Assembly (NCBI GenBank): GCA_016176845.1
Contig: JACOWJ010000029.1
Coordinates: forward strand, 3,397 to 67,396
Length of the DNA stretch: 64,000 nt
Direction: 5' to 3'
Source: Nitrospinota bacterium
GTDB taxonomy: Bacteria > 2-12-FULL-45-22 > JACOWJ01
Translations under genes and position numbers: made by a program
Notes under the pieces: generated by a model
What the model saw: the letters and a program-made list of their open reading frames with translations, nothing else
What the model was told of the DNA's origin: nothing
Database searches by the model: none
Shown here: positions 18,381 to 27,842 of the stretch, piece by piece
How positions within the stretch are numbered: position 1 is the stretch's first letter
Layout: every line of letters begins with the position of its first letter

Positions 18381-19946
18381 TCAGGGAAGCACGTTGAAAG
18401 GCTTGCTGCCCATGCACAGCTCCTCCCGGGTGATAATATTATTGATCCGGAGGCCGAACTCGTAAGAGCCAGTGGGCATAGGTGGAAGCGACAGGTTCAG
18501 GAAGTTGAAGGTCTGGTCGAGGCTGGCCGGGAGGCCGACGCTATTGGAACCCGCCATATCCAGCAGTGAGGTCAGGTTCCCGGGAGGGACCGCGGGGGTC
18601 TTGAGCCAGATGGCCGCCTCGAACTTCCAGTTGCCTCCTCCCGGAGGCGTCTGGGGAGGGGTGAGGACGCGCACGTCCAGCTTCAAGGGATCGCCGATCC
18701 GGAAGTTGTCCTGGTTGAGCAAGAGGGCGGCGCATGGCTTGACCGGCAGGCCCGTCAGGATGATCCCGTAGACATCGGGGTTGCCGTTGCGATGGTCGCC
18801 CCAGGCCACCAGGAAGCGCTTGTTGGCCGAATCGTAGGCAGTGGAAGGGACGTCCTGGGTGTCGGGGGCGGTGGAGAGAGGGGCGTTAATGCCGGCCAGG
18901 CTCCCATTGGTGTTGACCAACTGCCCGTAAAGGTTGTTGCTGAAAGTGTTCCACCAGGCTACCAGGAAGCGTTGCCCGGTGGGGTCGAAGGCCAGGCGGG
19001 GACCACGGTCATCGCTCTGCTTGCCAGGGACGGAAGAGAGGGAAAAGGCCGGGCCGAAGGGGCTTCCATCGGCATTGGCCAATTGGCCCTTGATGATGGT
19101 GCGGCCAGCGTTGTCGCCCCACCCAGTGGACCAGGCCACCAGGAACCGCCGGTTGACCGAATCGTATGCCAGACCAGGCCCCTCGCCCCTCCAACCGCAA
19201 CAGTCTGGGGAGATCGTGAGGCTGGTGCCAAAGAGCGTCCCGTTGTTGTTCACCAGCTGTCCTCGGACACCAGGCTGGTCGCAGCATCCTTGGTAAACCG
19301 CCAGGAACCGCCCGTTGGAGGGGTCGGCGGCCACGGAAGGACTCCACTGGCTATCCGGCCCGGTGGCGATGGAGAAGTTGGCGCCCATCAGGCTCCCGTC
19401 GGCATTGACCATCTGGCCCCAGATGTCCGCATCGTTGCCCGCCCCTGAATTATCGTACTGCCAGGCCACCAGGAAGCGCTGGCTGGTCGAGTCGAAGGCT
19501 ACTGAAGGTCGCTGCTTCTCCCCGGGCGCAGCCCCGCTGGCGATGAGGATCTCTCCCCCCGAGAGCGTCCCGTCGGGGTTGACCAACTGGCCTTTGATGA
19601 AATCGTTGCCCCACCAGTGCCAGACCACCAGGAAGCGGCGATTGACCGAGTCGTAGGCCACCGCTGGCCAGCCGCCGCCGCAGCAGGTGCCGATCTGAAA
19701 GCTGGGGCCGATGGGGGTCCCGTTGGCGTTCAGCAGGAGGCCCCAAGGGCCCTCATAGACCACCAGGTAGCGCTGGCTGGCCGGGTCAAAGGCCACAGCG
19801 GGGCTCCACGTATGCTCGGGTCCGGTGAGGATGGGAAACTCCTCCCCCACCGCCCCAAACCCCAGGTCTGGCCCAAGCCACTGGGCCAGGAGCAGCGTCA
19901 TTCCCAGGATGATTGCCCACGTTCCTTTCCGCTCTCTCCGTTCCAT
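18381..19946 (-). CDS. Secreted seven-repeat beta-propeller protein with C-terminal Ig-like domain
   Basis: Signal peptide; seven PxVAxDxxxxRFLVxW...GQLVNxxG repeats; C-terminal LLNQDNFRIGDPL...PTGSY. Confidence 0.85.
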   Translation of the reverse strand: MERRERKGTWAIILGMTLLLAQWLGPDLGFGAVGEEFPILTGPEHTWSPAVAFDPASQRYLVVYEGPWGLLLNANGTPIGPSFQIGTCCGGGWPAVAYDSVNRRFLVVWHWWGNDFIKGQLVNPDGTLSGGEILIASGAAPGEKQRPSVAFDSTSQRFLVAWQYDNSGAGNDADIWGQMVNADGSLMGANFSIATGPDSQWSPSVAADPSNGRFLAVYQGCCDQPGVRGQLVNNNGTLFGTSLTISPDCCGWRGEGPGLAYDSVNRRFLVAWSTGWGDNAGRTIIKGQLANADGSPFGPAFSLSSVPGKQSDDRGPRLAFDPTGQRFLVAWWNTFSNNLYGQLVNTNGSLAGINAPLSTAPDTQDVPSTAYDSANKRFLVAWGDHRNGNPDVYGIILTGLPVKPCAALLLNQDNFRIGDPLKLDVRVLTPPQTPPGGGNWKFEAAIWLKTPAVPPGNLTSLLDMAGSNSVGLPASLDQTFNFLNLSLPPMPTGSYEFGLRINNIITREELCMGSKPFNVLP

Positions 19947-20159
19947 GATCCTGTGCTCCTCTGCGTACTCGCATGCTGGTTGCTGTCAGATCTTTTCCCA
20001 CCCGCCCCTTGCCGGCCTGAAGCTCATTTCCCCATAGGCCTCACCTCCTTTACAGCCACAATCCACCCCCGCAACTTCCCACGCTCTCTCATGGTGATCT
20101 CCTTGTCCCTTGTCTCCTGGCTGCTTTTGCTCAAGGGCGCTGAATGAGTGAAGAGACTT

Positions 20160-20362
20160 TTGTAGGCTCCCTCTGCATCTTCGCCATCGCCTATCGCTAC
20201 TACTCGGCCTTTTTGGCCAGCAAGGTGGCCGTGCTGGATGATTCCCGGCCGACGCCGGCCCATACCCGGTACGATGGGCACAATTACGTCCCCACGAGCA
20301 AATGGGTGCTCTTCGGCCACCACTTTGCGGCCATTACCGGAGCCGGTCCCCTCATCGATCCC
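20160..20362 (+). pseudogene. cstA: Carbon starvation protein A (CstA) N-terminal fragment
   Basis: AYRYYS...[34 protein letters not shown], then homology stops. Confidence 0.85.
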
Positions 20363-20465
20363 GTAAGGAAGAAGAGACCGAGGAGAGGTCTTCCTGCCCC
20401 GGTCTCGTGGGGAGAAGGAGGGCCGATGGGAGGTAAGCGTCTGGGGACCCAGGACGCCAGGGGAC

Positions 20466-20927
20466 TCATTGGGACAGTTCACCAAACTGTTGCCGATAGC
20501 GGGCCAACAGGGCCTCCAGCTCCTTCTCCCGTCGCTGTGCTTCCTATACCTGCTGCTGTGCTTCATTTTATCGCTGCTGTGCTCTCCGAGATCAGCTCGA
20601 TCACCACATCGGGCCCTTTGCCCTCCTGCCAGACCACCCAGCTCTTGTGCTCACGCCTGGGAACGCCCGGCACCACAAAGAAATCGGGCCCCCGGAAGTC
20701 CCGGTTGCGCACCTGCTCCAGGCTGAAGTAGACGAACATGTTGCCGCCGACGAAAACGTCTTGTCGGTCGGTCCACAAAAGGAGCACGGGATACATCAGC
20801 AGGTCGAGCTGAAGGACATGTCGCTGGGTTTCCATGGGAGCTCCATCATCGTAGGAAGTTCGTCCTCCGTGGGGGGCCATTCCACATCGACCATGACGGG
20901 TTCAACCAGAGTCAGCTCTTTTTCCAT
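20466..20927 (-). pseudogene. Uma2 family endonuclease pseudogene
   Basis: Frameshift after EDELP; YDDGAPMET, GPDFFVV and [12 protein letters not shown]; internal deletion up to the C-terminal [13 protein letters not shown]. Confidence 0.85.
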
Positions 20928-21122
20928 GGCTCTCACCTCTCTGTCAGGGCTATCCGGCCACCCAAAACGCTTCTCGGATGGCTTGGCTCCATGCGGTATG
21001 AAGACCGCGCGCTCTTAAAAGTTAGGCCTACCGAGACAAGTCTACCACAAGATCGATAGGACCTCTTACCAGCGATCGTTGCCCTGGAGGCGAGATGAGG
21101 CCTGGAGGAAGTAAGGGCGGCC

Positions 21123-21590
21123 TCAGGCCGAAGGGCCGGTCTTCCCGAGATATCGCAGGCATTTCCAGCCCGTTTCGTAGAGCCATCCAGAGTCCGGCGG
21201 GGCGTTCTTGAAGAAGGCAGCGAGAGAGCTTTTCTGGTTAAAAAACACCCCGGTCTGCAAGACTTTGATGTTTCCAGGAGAATTGATGCTGATCATGAAC
21301 CAATCATTTCCTGGATGTTGGAGGTCGGTCTCGTTGGTGAGAAAGTCGTAGCAGAAACTGAGCGTCACCTCGTCCCCGGGGTGGATGGAGAAGGGCTCAG
21401 CCAAAATGCTGAGGTCGAAGAGATAGGGATCCGCCAGGGGCAGCACCCCGACGCCGGTGGTCAGAAAGGCGAAGTGGGCGCTGCCATCGGGCGAGCCAAT
21501 GGAGCCCACATTGTTTACCACCTGGACGTCTCCTCCAACAGAGAACCCGTCCAGGGTGCCCGTTTCAAAGTCGAAATTCCCATATATTCC
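21123..21590 (-). pseudogene. Truncated paralog of the secreted protein at 16899-17948
   Basis: NFDFETGTLDGF..GGDV.VVNNVGSIGSPDGSAHFA...PPDSGWLYE; lacks the signal peptide and C-terminal domain. Confidence 0.8.
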
Positions 21591-21592
21591 CG

Positions 21593-23356
21593 CTATGAGC
21601 CAGCCTTTATGCTCACCTCCGGCCGCACCAAGAGGCTCTTATAGGACGAGACCGTAACCTGCCCGGGCGGGGCCCCGGGGGGCTTGCGGACGTTTTTGGC
21701 GGGGGTGTAGAGGACCGGGACCTTGGTGGAACCTTTTCCCTTGCTGAAGTAAGCAGCCACCTGCGCCGCTTCCAGCAGGGTCCGTTCGGGAACCTCTCCG
21801 GCAGCCTTCCTCCGGATCAAGACGTGGGAGCCCGGGAGTCCCTGCGCGTGGAGCCAGAGGTCTTCCGGCCTGGCGACAGACCGCAGGAGCCAATCGTTTC
21901 CCCGGTTGCTCTTGCCGCAAAGGATCTCCCAGCCCTCCGAGGAAGTGAACCGGCGGCACCACTGGGCAAGCTGCGCCTGGCGGGCCGACGGAGCTCCCGG
22001 AGGGTGCGCCGGGGCGGGTCCCGAGCCGGAAGCAGGCGCGCGCTTTGCGATGCGCGAGGGGGGTTTCGCGTCAGAGAGGGGCTTCCACTTGAGGCTCTCC
22101 CGCACCTCCTCCTGGAGCAGGGAAAGGGCCTCCAAATCTTCGGCCTCCTCGACCTGGTAGAGGAGCCCCTCGACATACTCCAGCTCGGTCCGGGTCTGAG
22201 ACTGGAGCTCGGCCACCCGGTCCAGGCCGTTCCTGGCCTTCCGGTACTTCTTGTAATAAGCCTCGGCGTTCTCCCGGGCCGAGAGCCGGACGTCCAGCGG
22301 CACTTCGATCTCCTCCATCTCGGGGGAGTAGTAGTTGACCAGCCGGGCCGAGGGAGCGCCCTTGGTCACGGCGGCCTGTTGGGAGACGAGGAGGTCGGCG
22401 TGCTCCTTGAGCCTCAGGTAACCCTCGAGTTTGCGGTGGTCCCCCTCCAGGTTCTCCAGCTTGCGGTGACGGCGCTTCTTTTCCTTTTCCAGGAAGCGCT
22501 GCAGCTCCTTCAGGCCCTCCCGGAGGGCCTCCTCTTGCAGGCAGGGCCAGTAAAAGGCGTCGGCCGCCCGGTTCATCTCCTCGAAGAGCTGCCGGTCCAC
22601 CCGGGGAAGGTGCAGGAGGTCAAAGGCACAGAGGGCCGCCTTTCCCTCGGGAAGCCGGATGATCTGGGGGACGAAGGGCCCTTGCAGGTAGCGGGCGCGC
22701 CACTGCTCAAGGGTTTCCCAGAGGAGCTCTAACCCCTCCGAGGCGTTCAGCTCCACCAACTCCCGTGTCAGGAGGGGGCCCATCCCCAGCAGGGAGAGAA
22801 TGGACGCTTGGGGATGCTGCTGCAGGGATTCCCGCTCCAGTTGGGCCAGGCTCATCCGGGAGGGAGGGGGCGGCATCGGCCGGTACTTCTCCCCGGGCAA
22901 GATCGGCCGGATGGGGCTCTCCTGGGGGGAGAGATGCCTCAGGGCCTCCAGAATGGTCCGGTCCTCATCGGTAATCAGGATGTTGCTGTGGCGACCCACG
23001 ATCTCCACGATCAGGTGAAACGTCTCCAACTTCCCATCGGCGTCTTTCCTCTGGTAGACTTGGGTGAGGACCCGGTCAAAAGGGGTGAGCTGGATGTCCA
23101 CCAGCCGCGCCCCCGACAGGTGGCTGCGCAGGTAGGCGGCGAAGCGAAGGGGAGATGGCGGGTAGAGGGGCTTGTGCTCGGTGAGGTGAACGCGGCCCAT
23201 CTCCGGGTCCACCGAGAGATAGAGCCGCTTCTCCCCGCGCCCCCAGAAATAGATCACCAGGTCGTTCTCGTTGACCTGGTAGACCTTGGAGACCAGGCTG
23301 TAGATCAGTCGTTCCTTAAGCTCCTCGACGATCGCTTTGAGGACGAAGATATCCAC
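21593..23356 (-). CDS. rqcH: Ribosome quality control protein RqcH/Rqc2 (NFACT, FbpA family)
   Basis: FDRVL, EIVGRHSNIL, ENAEAYYKKYRK, GKSNRGND.L and LWLHAQGLPGSHV. Confidence 0.93.
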   Translation of the reverse strand: MDIFVLKAIVEELKERLIYSLVSKVYQVNENDLVIYFWGRGEKRLYLSVDPEMGRVHLTEHKPLYPPSPLRFAAYLRSHLSGARLVDIQLTPFDRVLTQVYQRKDADGKLETFHLIVEIVGRHSNILITDEDRTILEALRHLSPQESPIRPILPGEKYRPMPPPPSRMSLAQLERESLQQHPQASILSLLGMGPLLTRELVELNASEGLELLWETLEQWRARYLQGPFVPQIIRLPEGKAALCAFDLLHLPRVDRQLFEEMNRAADAFYWPCLQEEALREGLKELQRFLEKEKKRRHRKLENLEGDHRKLEGYLRLKEHADLLVSQQAAVTKGAPSARLVNYYSPEMEEIEVPLDVRLSARENAEAYYKKYRKARNGLDRVAELQSQTRTELEYVEGLLYQVEEAEDLEALSLLQEEVRESLKWKPLSDAKPPSRIAKRAPASGSGPAPAHPPGAPSARQAQLAQWCRRFTSSEGWEILCGKSNRGNDWLLRSVARPEDLWLHAQGLPGSHVLIRRKAAGEVPERTLLEAAQVAAYFSKGKGSTKVPVLYTPAKNVRKPPGAPPGQVTVSSYKSLLVRPEVSIKAGS

Positions 23357-23370
23357 CTTTCACCCTTTTT

Positions 23371-23442
23371 TTAAGTTTTAGGTGTTAAGTGTTAAGTGTT
23401 AAGTGTTAAGTCCTAACACCTAAAACTTAAAACCTAAAACTT
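23371..23442. repeat. Inverted heptamer tandem repeat (TTAAGTG-type) hairpin
   Basis: TTAAGTTTTAGGTGTTAAGTG... is paired with ...TAACACCTAAAACTTAA; related to 39332-39400. Confidence 0.8.
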
Positions 23443-23459
23443 ATTAATCTGCGTCTGAG

Positions 23460-23488
23460 ATTATAGGACGGGATGGACCGGGGGGCAA
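23460..23488 (-). promoter_or_regulatory. Sigma70 promoter of rqcH
   Basis: TTGCCC-N17-TATAAT. Confidence 0.6.
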
Positions 23489-23500
23489 CGGGAGGAAAGG

Positions 23501-24649
23501 TTAAAGCTTCACCACCAGCTTCTTGATTGCCAGATCCAGCCCCTCGAGGGTCAGGGGGTACATGGGGAAGACCTGCCGGGCCATGCGGATGGTGGGATGG
23601 TTCCAGAGGCGGAGCGGTTCAGGGTTCAGCCAGACGCAGTGGGTGAAGTGGTCCGCTACCCGTCTCAGCCAGAGGATGCCCGGCGTCTCGTTCTTATCGA
23701 TGTACCAGATCGCCCCATGGCGCTGGGTCAACTCCTCGGTGCCCATGGAGGCGTCTCCTACCAGGATCACCCGGTAGTCTGACTCCAGGGTCCGCAACAT
23801 CTGGGAGGTATGGTAGGTGGACTTGCGCTCGACATCCAGATAGATTCTATCGTAAATACAGTTGTGGAAGTAATAATACTTAAAATCCTTAAAATGGGTG
23901 GCCGAATGGGCGGCGGAGAAGAGCTGGCTGCAGAGACGGGAGTATGGGGTCATCGAGCCCCCCACGTCCATCAGGAGCAGGAGCTTCACCGCGTTCTTGC
24001 GACTGCGCCGCCAGATGAGCTCCAGCTCCCCGGCGTTGCGGCTGGTGGCGTCGATCGTCTCCTCCAGAGCAAGCTCGTCCACCGGTCCCTGGCGGTTGAG
24101 CTGCCGCAGCCGCTTCAGGGCCAGCTGAAACTGGCGCACGTCCAGCGTCACGTCATCCCGGTAGTTCTTAAAGTGGCGCTCTGCGGCCACCTTGACCGCC
24201 GAGCGGCGTCCCCCTTCGCCATCCGTCCGGGTCCCCTCCTCGCCCTGGCCATCATGGCCCCGGGAGGACCTCCCCCCCCGGCCGATCCAGCGATCTCCCC
24301 CATCGTGCTGGCCATCCTGCTCCTCAACTTCGAACGCCCGCTGCATCCGGCGCATCTGGGCCAGCTCTTCCGGGGTGAGGCGAAGGTTGGCGGGGTTGCG
24401 CATCCACTCCAACGCCTGCTGAATCAGATCCTCGGAGGCCTCCACCCCTTTAAAATACTCCTGGAAGGCCAGGTCGTACTGGTCGTAATGGACCTCGCTC
24501 TTGACCAGAATGGCGCGGGCCAGGTAGTAGAAGGCCTGCAGGCTGCTCTGGGCGTAACCGCGGGAAAGGGCCTCCATCAGCGTCATCCACTCGGTGATGG
24601 AGACCGGCACCTTCTTCTGGCGCAGCAGGTAAAAGAAATCGATGAACAT
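23501..24649 (-). CDS. VWA domain protein (CoxE-like)
   Basis: LLMDVGGSM MIDAS-like motif, YYFHNC, VGDASM and VWLNPEP. Confidence 0.9.
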   Translation of the reverse strand: MFIDFFYLLRQKKVPVSITEWMTLMEALSRGYAQSSLQAFYYLARAILVKSEVHYDQYDLAFQEYFKGVEASEDLIQQALEWMRNPANLRLTPEELAQMRRMQRAFEVEEQDGQHDGGDRWIGRGGRSSRGHDGQGEEGTRTDGEGGRRSAVKVAAERHFKNYRDDVTLDVRQFQLALKRLRQLNRQGPVDELALEETIDATSRNAGELELIWRRSRKNAVKLLLLMDVGGSMTPYSRLCSQLFSAAHSATHFKDFKYYYFHNCIYDRIYLDVERKSTYHTSQMLRTLESDYRVILVGDASMGTEELTQRHGAIWYIDKNETPGILWLRRVADHFTHCVWLNPEPLRLWNHPTIRMARQVFPMYPLTLEGLDLAIKKLVVKL

Positions 24650-24661
24650 TCGCCGTAAACC

Positions 24662-25525
24662 TTAAACGTACTTGCGCCGTTGGCCGAAGGTCCCGGTCAG
24701 CTTCCCCTCCAGGTAGTCCAAATCCTCCTCCTTTTTGATCAGGGCGCCGAGGAAGGGCAGCTCCTTCTCCACCCTCTCCTGCGAAACGCCGCCGGCCATC
24801 AAGGCCTGGAGCCAATCAATCAGCTCGCTGGTGGAGGGCTTCTTGCGCAATTCTTCGAATTGCCTCAGCCAGTAAAAACGCTTCAAGCACTCCCGCAGCA
24901 GGCTCTCCTCGATGGTGGGGTGGTGGACCCGGACGATCCGCTCCATCATCTCCGGGTTGGGGAACTCGATGTAGTGGAAGACGCAGCGGCGCAGGAAGGC
25001 GTCCGGGAGCTCCTTCTCCGAGTTGCTGGTCACGACCACGATGGGCCGGTGGTTGGCGCAGACCGTCTCCTCCAGCTCGGGAATGTAAAAGGACATCACG
25101 TCCAGCTCGTTGAGGAGGTCGTTGGGGAACTCCAGGTCGGCCTTGTCGATCTCGTCAATGAGCAAGACCCCATGCTCCTGCATGACGAAGGACTTTCCCA
25201 ACTGCCCCAGCTTGATATATTGGCGGACGTCGGAGATATCCTTGTCCCCAAAGCGGCTGTCGTTGAGCCGCTGCACGGTATCGTAGATGTAAAGCCCCTC
25301 CTGGGCCTTGGTGGTGGACTTGATGTTCCAGACGATCAGTGGCTTTCCCAGTCCCAGGGCAATATTATGGGCCAACAGGGTCTTCCCCGTTCCCGGTTCC
25401 CCTTTGACCAGCAGGGGGCGCTTCAGGGCGATGGCCACGTTGACCGCGTTCCTCAAGTCTTCCGAGACGATGTATCGGTAAGTGCCCACGAACTGATCAA
25501 ATGAACTATTTCCATCGACTCCCAT
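24662..25525 (-). CDS. MoxR family AAA+ ATPase
   Basis: GEPGTGKT, LLIDEIDKAD.EFPNDLL and ELPDAFLRRC. Confidence 0.93.
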   Translation of the reverse strand: MGVDGNSSFDQFVGTYRYIVSEDLRNAVNVAIALKRPLLVKGEPGTGKTLLAHNIALGLGKPLIVWNIKSTTKAQEGLYIYDTVQRLNDSRFGDKDISDVRQYIKLGQLGKSFVMQEHGVLLIDEIDKADLEFPNDLLNELDVMSFYIPELEETVCANHRPIVVVTSNSEKELPDAFLRRCVFHYIEFPNPEMMERIVRVHHPTIEESLLRECLKRFYWLRQFEELRKKPSTSELIDWLQALMAGGVSQERVEKELPFLGALIKKEEDLDYLEGKLTGTFGQRRKYV

Positions 25526-25608
25526 CGTTTTCCCTCCGCCGTCTGCCTTTTTCCTTTCTCCCGAAAGCCACCCGAGCTCGCCTTCGCTCGCACCCTAATT
25601 GGAGGTCC

Positions 25609-25748
25609 TTAGTACAACTCCACGCAATAAAGTACCCATTTACCGCGGAGAACGCAGAGGCCGCAGAGAAGAGGGAAAGCGGGTTGTCTCTGCGCTCTCC
25701 ACGCCCTCTGCGGTTTAATTGGATACCCTTTTGTTGGAGCGGTATTAG
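25609..25748. mobile_element. MITE family B carrying a 9-mer (CGCAGAG-type) hairpin
   Basis: TTAGTACAACTCCAC...TGGAGCGGTATTAG ends shared with 36169-36247 and 39892-39970; extra internal ACCGCGGAGAACGCAGAG/CTCTGCG..CTCTGCGGT. Confidence 0.75.
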
Positions 25749-25775
25749 CATAGAGGAAAAGGGCGGGGCCGTCAA
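25747..25775 (-). promoter_or_regulatory. Sigma70 promoter of the moxR-VWA pair
   Basis: TTGACG-N17-TATGCT. Confidence 0.6.
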
Positions 25776-25857
25776 GGGCAAAATCGAGAGGGGTGACGAG
25801 TTCCTTTTGATCACCCCGACCTCATTTACCGCTTCAAGGTGCTCGACCCCCCCGAGG

Positions 25858-26065
25858 TCAACGCCTTCTTCCACCTCCTCACGCAGGAGGAGCAGTTGCG
25901 CACCCTGCGGAACCTTCGGGACCACTTGGCCCCCGGAGGAAGGGGGATCATCGACCTCTTCTCCTATGACCCCGCCAAGGGCGCCATCAACTACGCCTAC
26001 GACCTCTCCGCCGAGAACCCCGCCACCAAGGAGACGATCCACCGCTACTCCCTTCCGGATGGCCT
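25858..26065 (+). pseudogene. Class I SAM methyltransferase fragment
   Basis: NAFFHLLTQEEQLRTLRNLRDHLAPGGRGIIDLF. Confidence 0.6.
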
Positions 26066-27080
26066 CGCTCCTCTGGAGCAGCTTCCGCCGGATCTTGCAA
26101 AAATACCGCTCCGCCGTGCGGGCCACCAGGAGGACCAGGGAGGCCCCGCCCGGCAGGCGGAGGACCCCGCGGAGCACGGCGCGCATCCAGCCGGGGAGGA
26201 AGAGGCGCATGATCTCATCCTCCAGGGAGAGATAAAACTGGGACGAGCCCGGGTCCCCCTGGCGTCCTGCGCGCCCTCGGAGCTGATGATCGATGCGCCG
26301 GGACTCGTGCCGCACGCTGCCGATCACGTGCAGCCCGCCCAGGAGGATGTCGGTTCCTCGGCCGGCCATGTTGGTCGCGATGGTCACGGCCCCGAATCGA
26401 CCCGCGTTGGCCACCACCTGGGCCTCCTCGGCATCCTGCTTGGCGTTCAGGATCCGGTGGGGGACATTGCGTCGGGCCAGCTGCTCGCTCAGGCGCTCCG
26501 AGTCGGCCACGGAGATCGTCCCCACCAGCACGGGTCGCCCCAGGGCATGCCAGTGGCTGATCTCGTCCACGATGGCGTAATGGAGCTCCCGCTGGATCCG
26601 CTCGGCTGGTGGGACTTCCGATCCGTGGAGGAGATAGTCGAAGAAATTGCCCCCGTTCAGGGTCTGCTGCAAGAGCTCTCCCCTGGAGCGGGGGAGGTGG
26701 TCGCGGAGATAGTCAAATCCGAATTCCTTGTTGCTGCCGTAGGAGACCTCATCCCGGTAGGCCTGCCGCCGTTCCAGGTGGGGTCTCCCGTGGAGGAGGA
26801 CGCCGGTGCTGAGGCCCAGGAATTGATAAACGGGGCCCAGCAAGTCCCGGTCGCGTTGGGCCAGGTAATCGTTCGTCGTGACCACATGGACCCCCTTGCC
26901 GGCCAAGCCGTTCAGGTAGGCGGGGAGGGAGGCCACCAGGGTCTTCCCTTCGCCGGTGGCCATCTCGGCGATCTTGCCCTGATGGAGGGCGATCCCTCCG
27001 AGCAGTTGCACCGGGAAGAGGCGCATCCCCAGAATCCGGTGGATCGCTTCGCGAACCACGGCGAAGGCTTCGGGCAGGAG
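26065..27080 (-). pseudogene. secA: Internally deleted SecA paralog
   Basis: AEMATGEGKT, VVTTNDYLAQRD, FGFDYLRD, IATNMAGRGTDI and RGRAGRQGDPG; IVDE is joined directly to ISHWHALGRPVLVGT. Confidence 0.85.
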
Positions 27081-27578
27081 GGCTCGCCACGGTAAACATG
27101 GGCACACATAGCGTGATCGCAGCGAAGATCAAAATAAGCACAGCACGCCAGCGCATCAGCTGGGATCCTCTTTATATTTGCCATATTTTTTCTGTTCTGT
27201 TTCCATAATTGATGCTCACTCAATAAATGTGGGTGTGTTCTCGAGTATAAACCCGATGCCTTCGAAGATATTGGTATTTTGTAGAAGCAAAGAAAGTGCC
27301 AAGACTCCACAAAACTCAAATTGGTCCTCGTCGAAGCTGTCAAGGGCTTCCTTGTGGCTCACCCGGATCCAACATTGAGGCTTGTTATGGCCATTTTTTT
27401 CTTCGCTAAGAAAAAATTTCATGGAAAAAAATTCAATCGGTCAAATCACTTTGGGTAAGACCGAACAAAATGACAGAATTGTAATCTTCCTGTAAGCCTG
27501 CCGTTAGGGCGCGTATGGTATTTATATCTTCTCAAATCTGGCCCCCTCAAATGCTTCAAATTCCGGCGAGACATGAGA

Positions 27579-27830
27579 ATGAGCAAGGCCTTCGTCACCA
27601 TACCGACCTACAACGGGCATGAAGGAGTCGGCCCTCTTTTACACCGGACGGCAGGGCCAGGTCCTTCGGAGCCGCCAGGAGCTGGTGGGCTACCTCCAGG
27701 GGGGCAAGAGGGTTTACTGTTTGATGGAAAAGCGAAGATACCGCAGGCTGGATGACGCGCTGAAGCGAAGGATGAGGGTCGTCGCCCGTGAGGGCGACAT
27801 TTGCTGTTGGCCACGCCCAAGTAATGCGGT
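27579..27830 (+). pseudogene. Glycosyltransferase remnants (GT2 N-terminus joined to an ArnT-like C-terminus)
   Basis: MSKAFVTIPTYN, then in another frame SALFYTGR...RVYCL. Confidence 0.5.
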
Positions 27831-27842
27831 CTCGATAAAGGG

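Noticed and set aside
17400-21590. Diversity-generating retroelement TR/VR pair
   Set aside because: Differences between the paralogous segments are mostly synonymous third-position changes, not adenine-specific, and there is no reverse transcriptase.
12200-21600. Integron cassette array
   Set aside because: Genes lie in mixed orientation, with no recurring attC pattern and no integrase.
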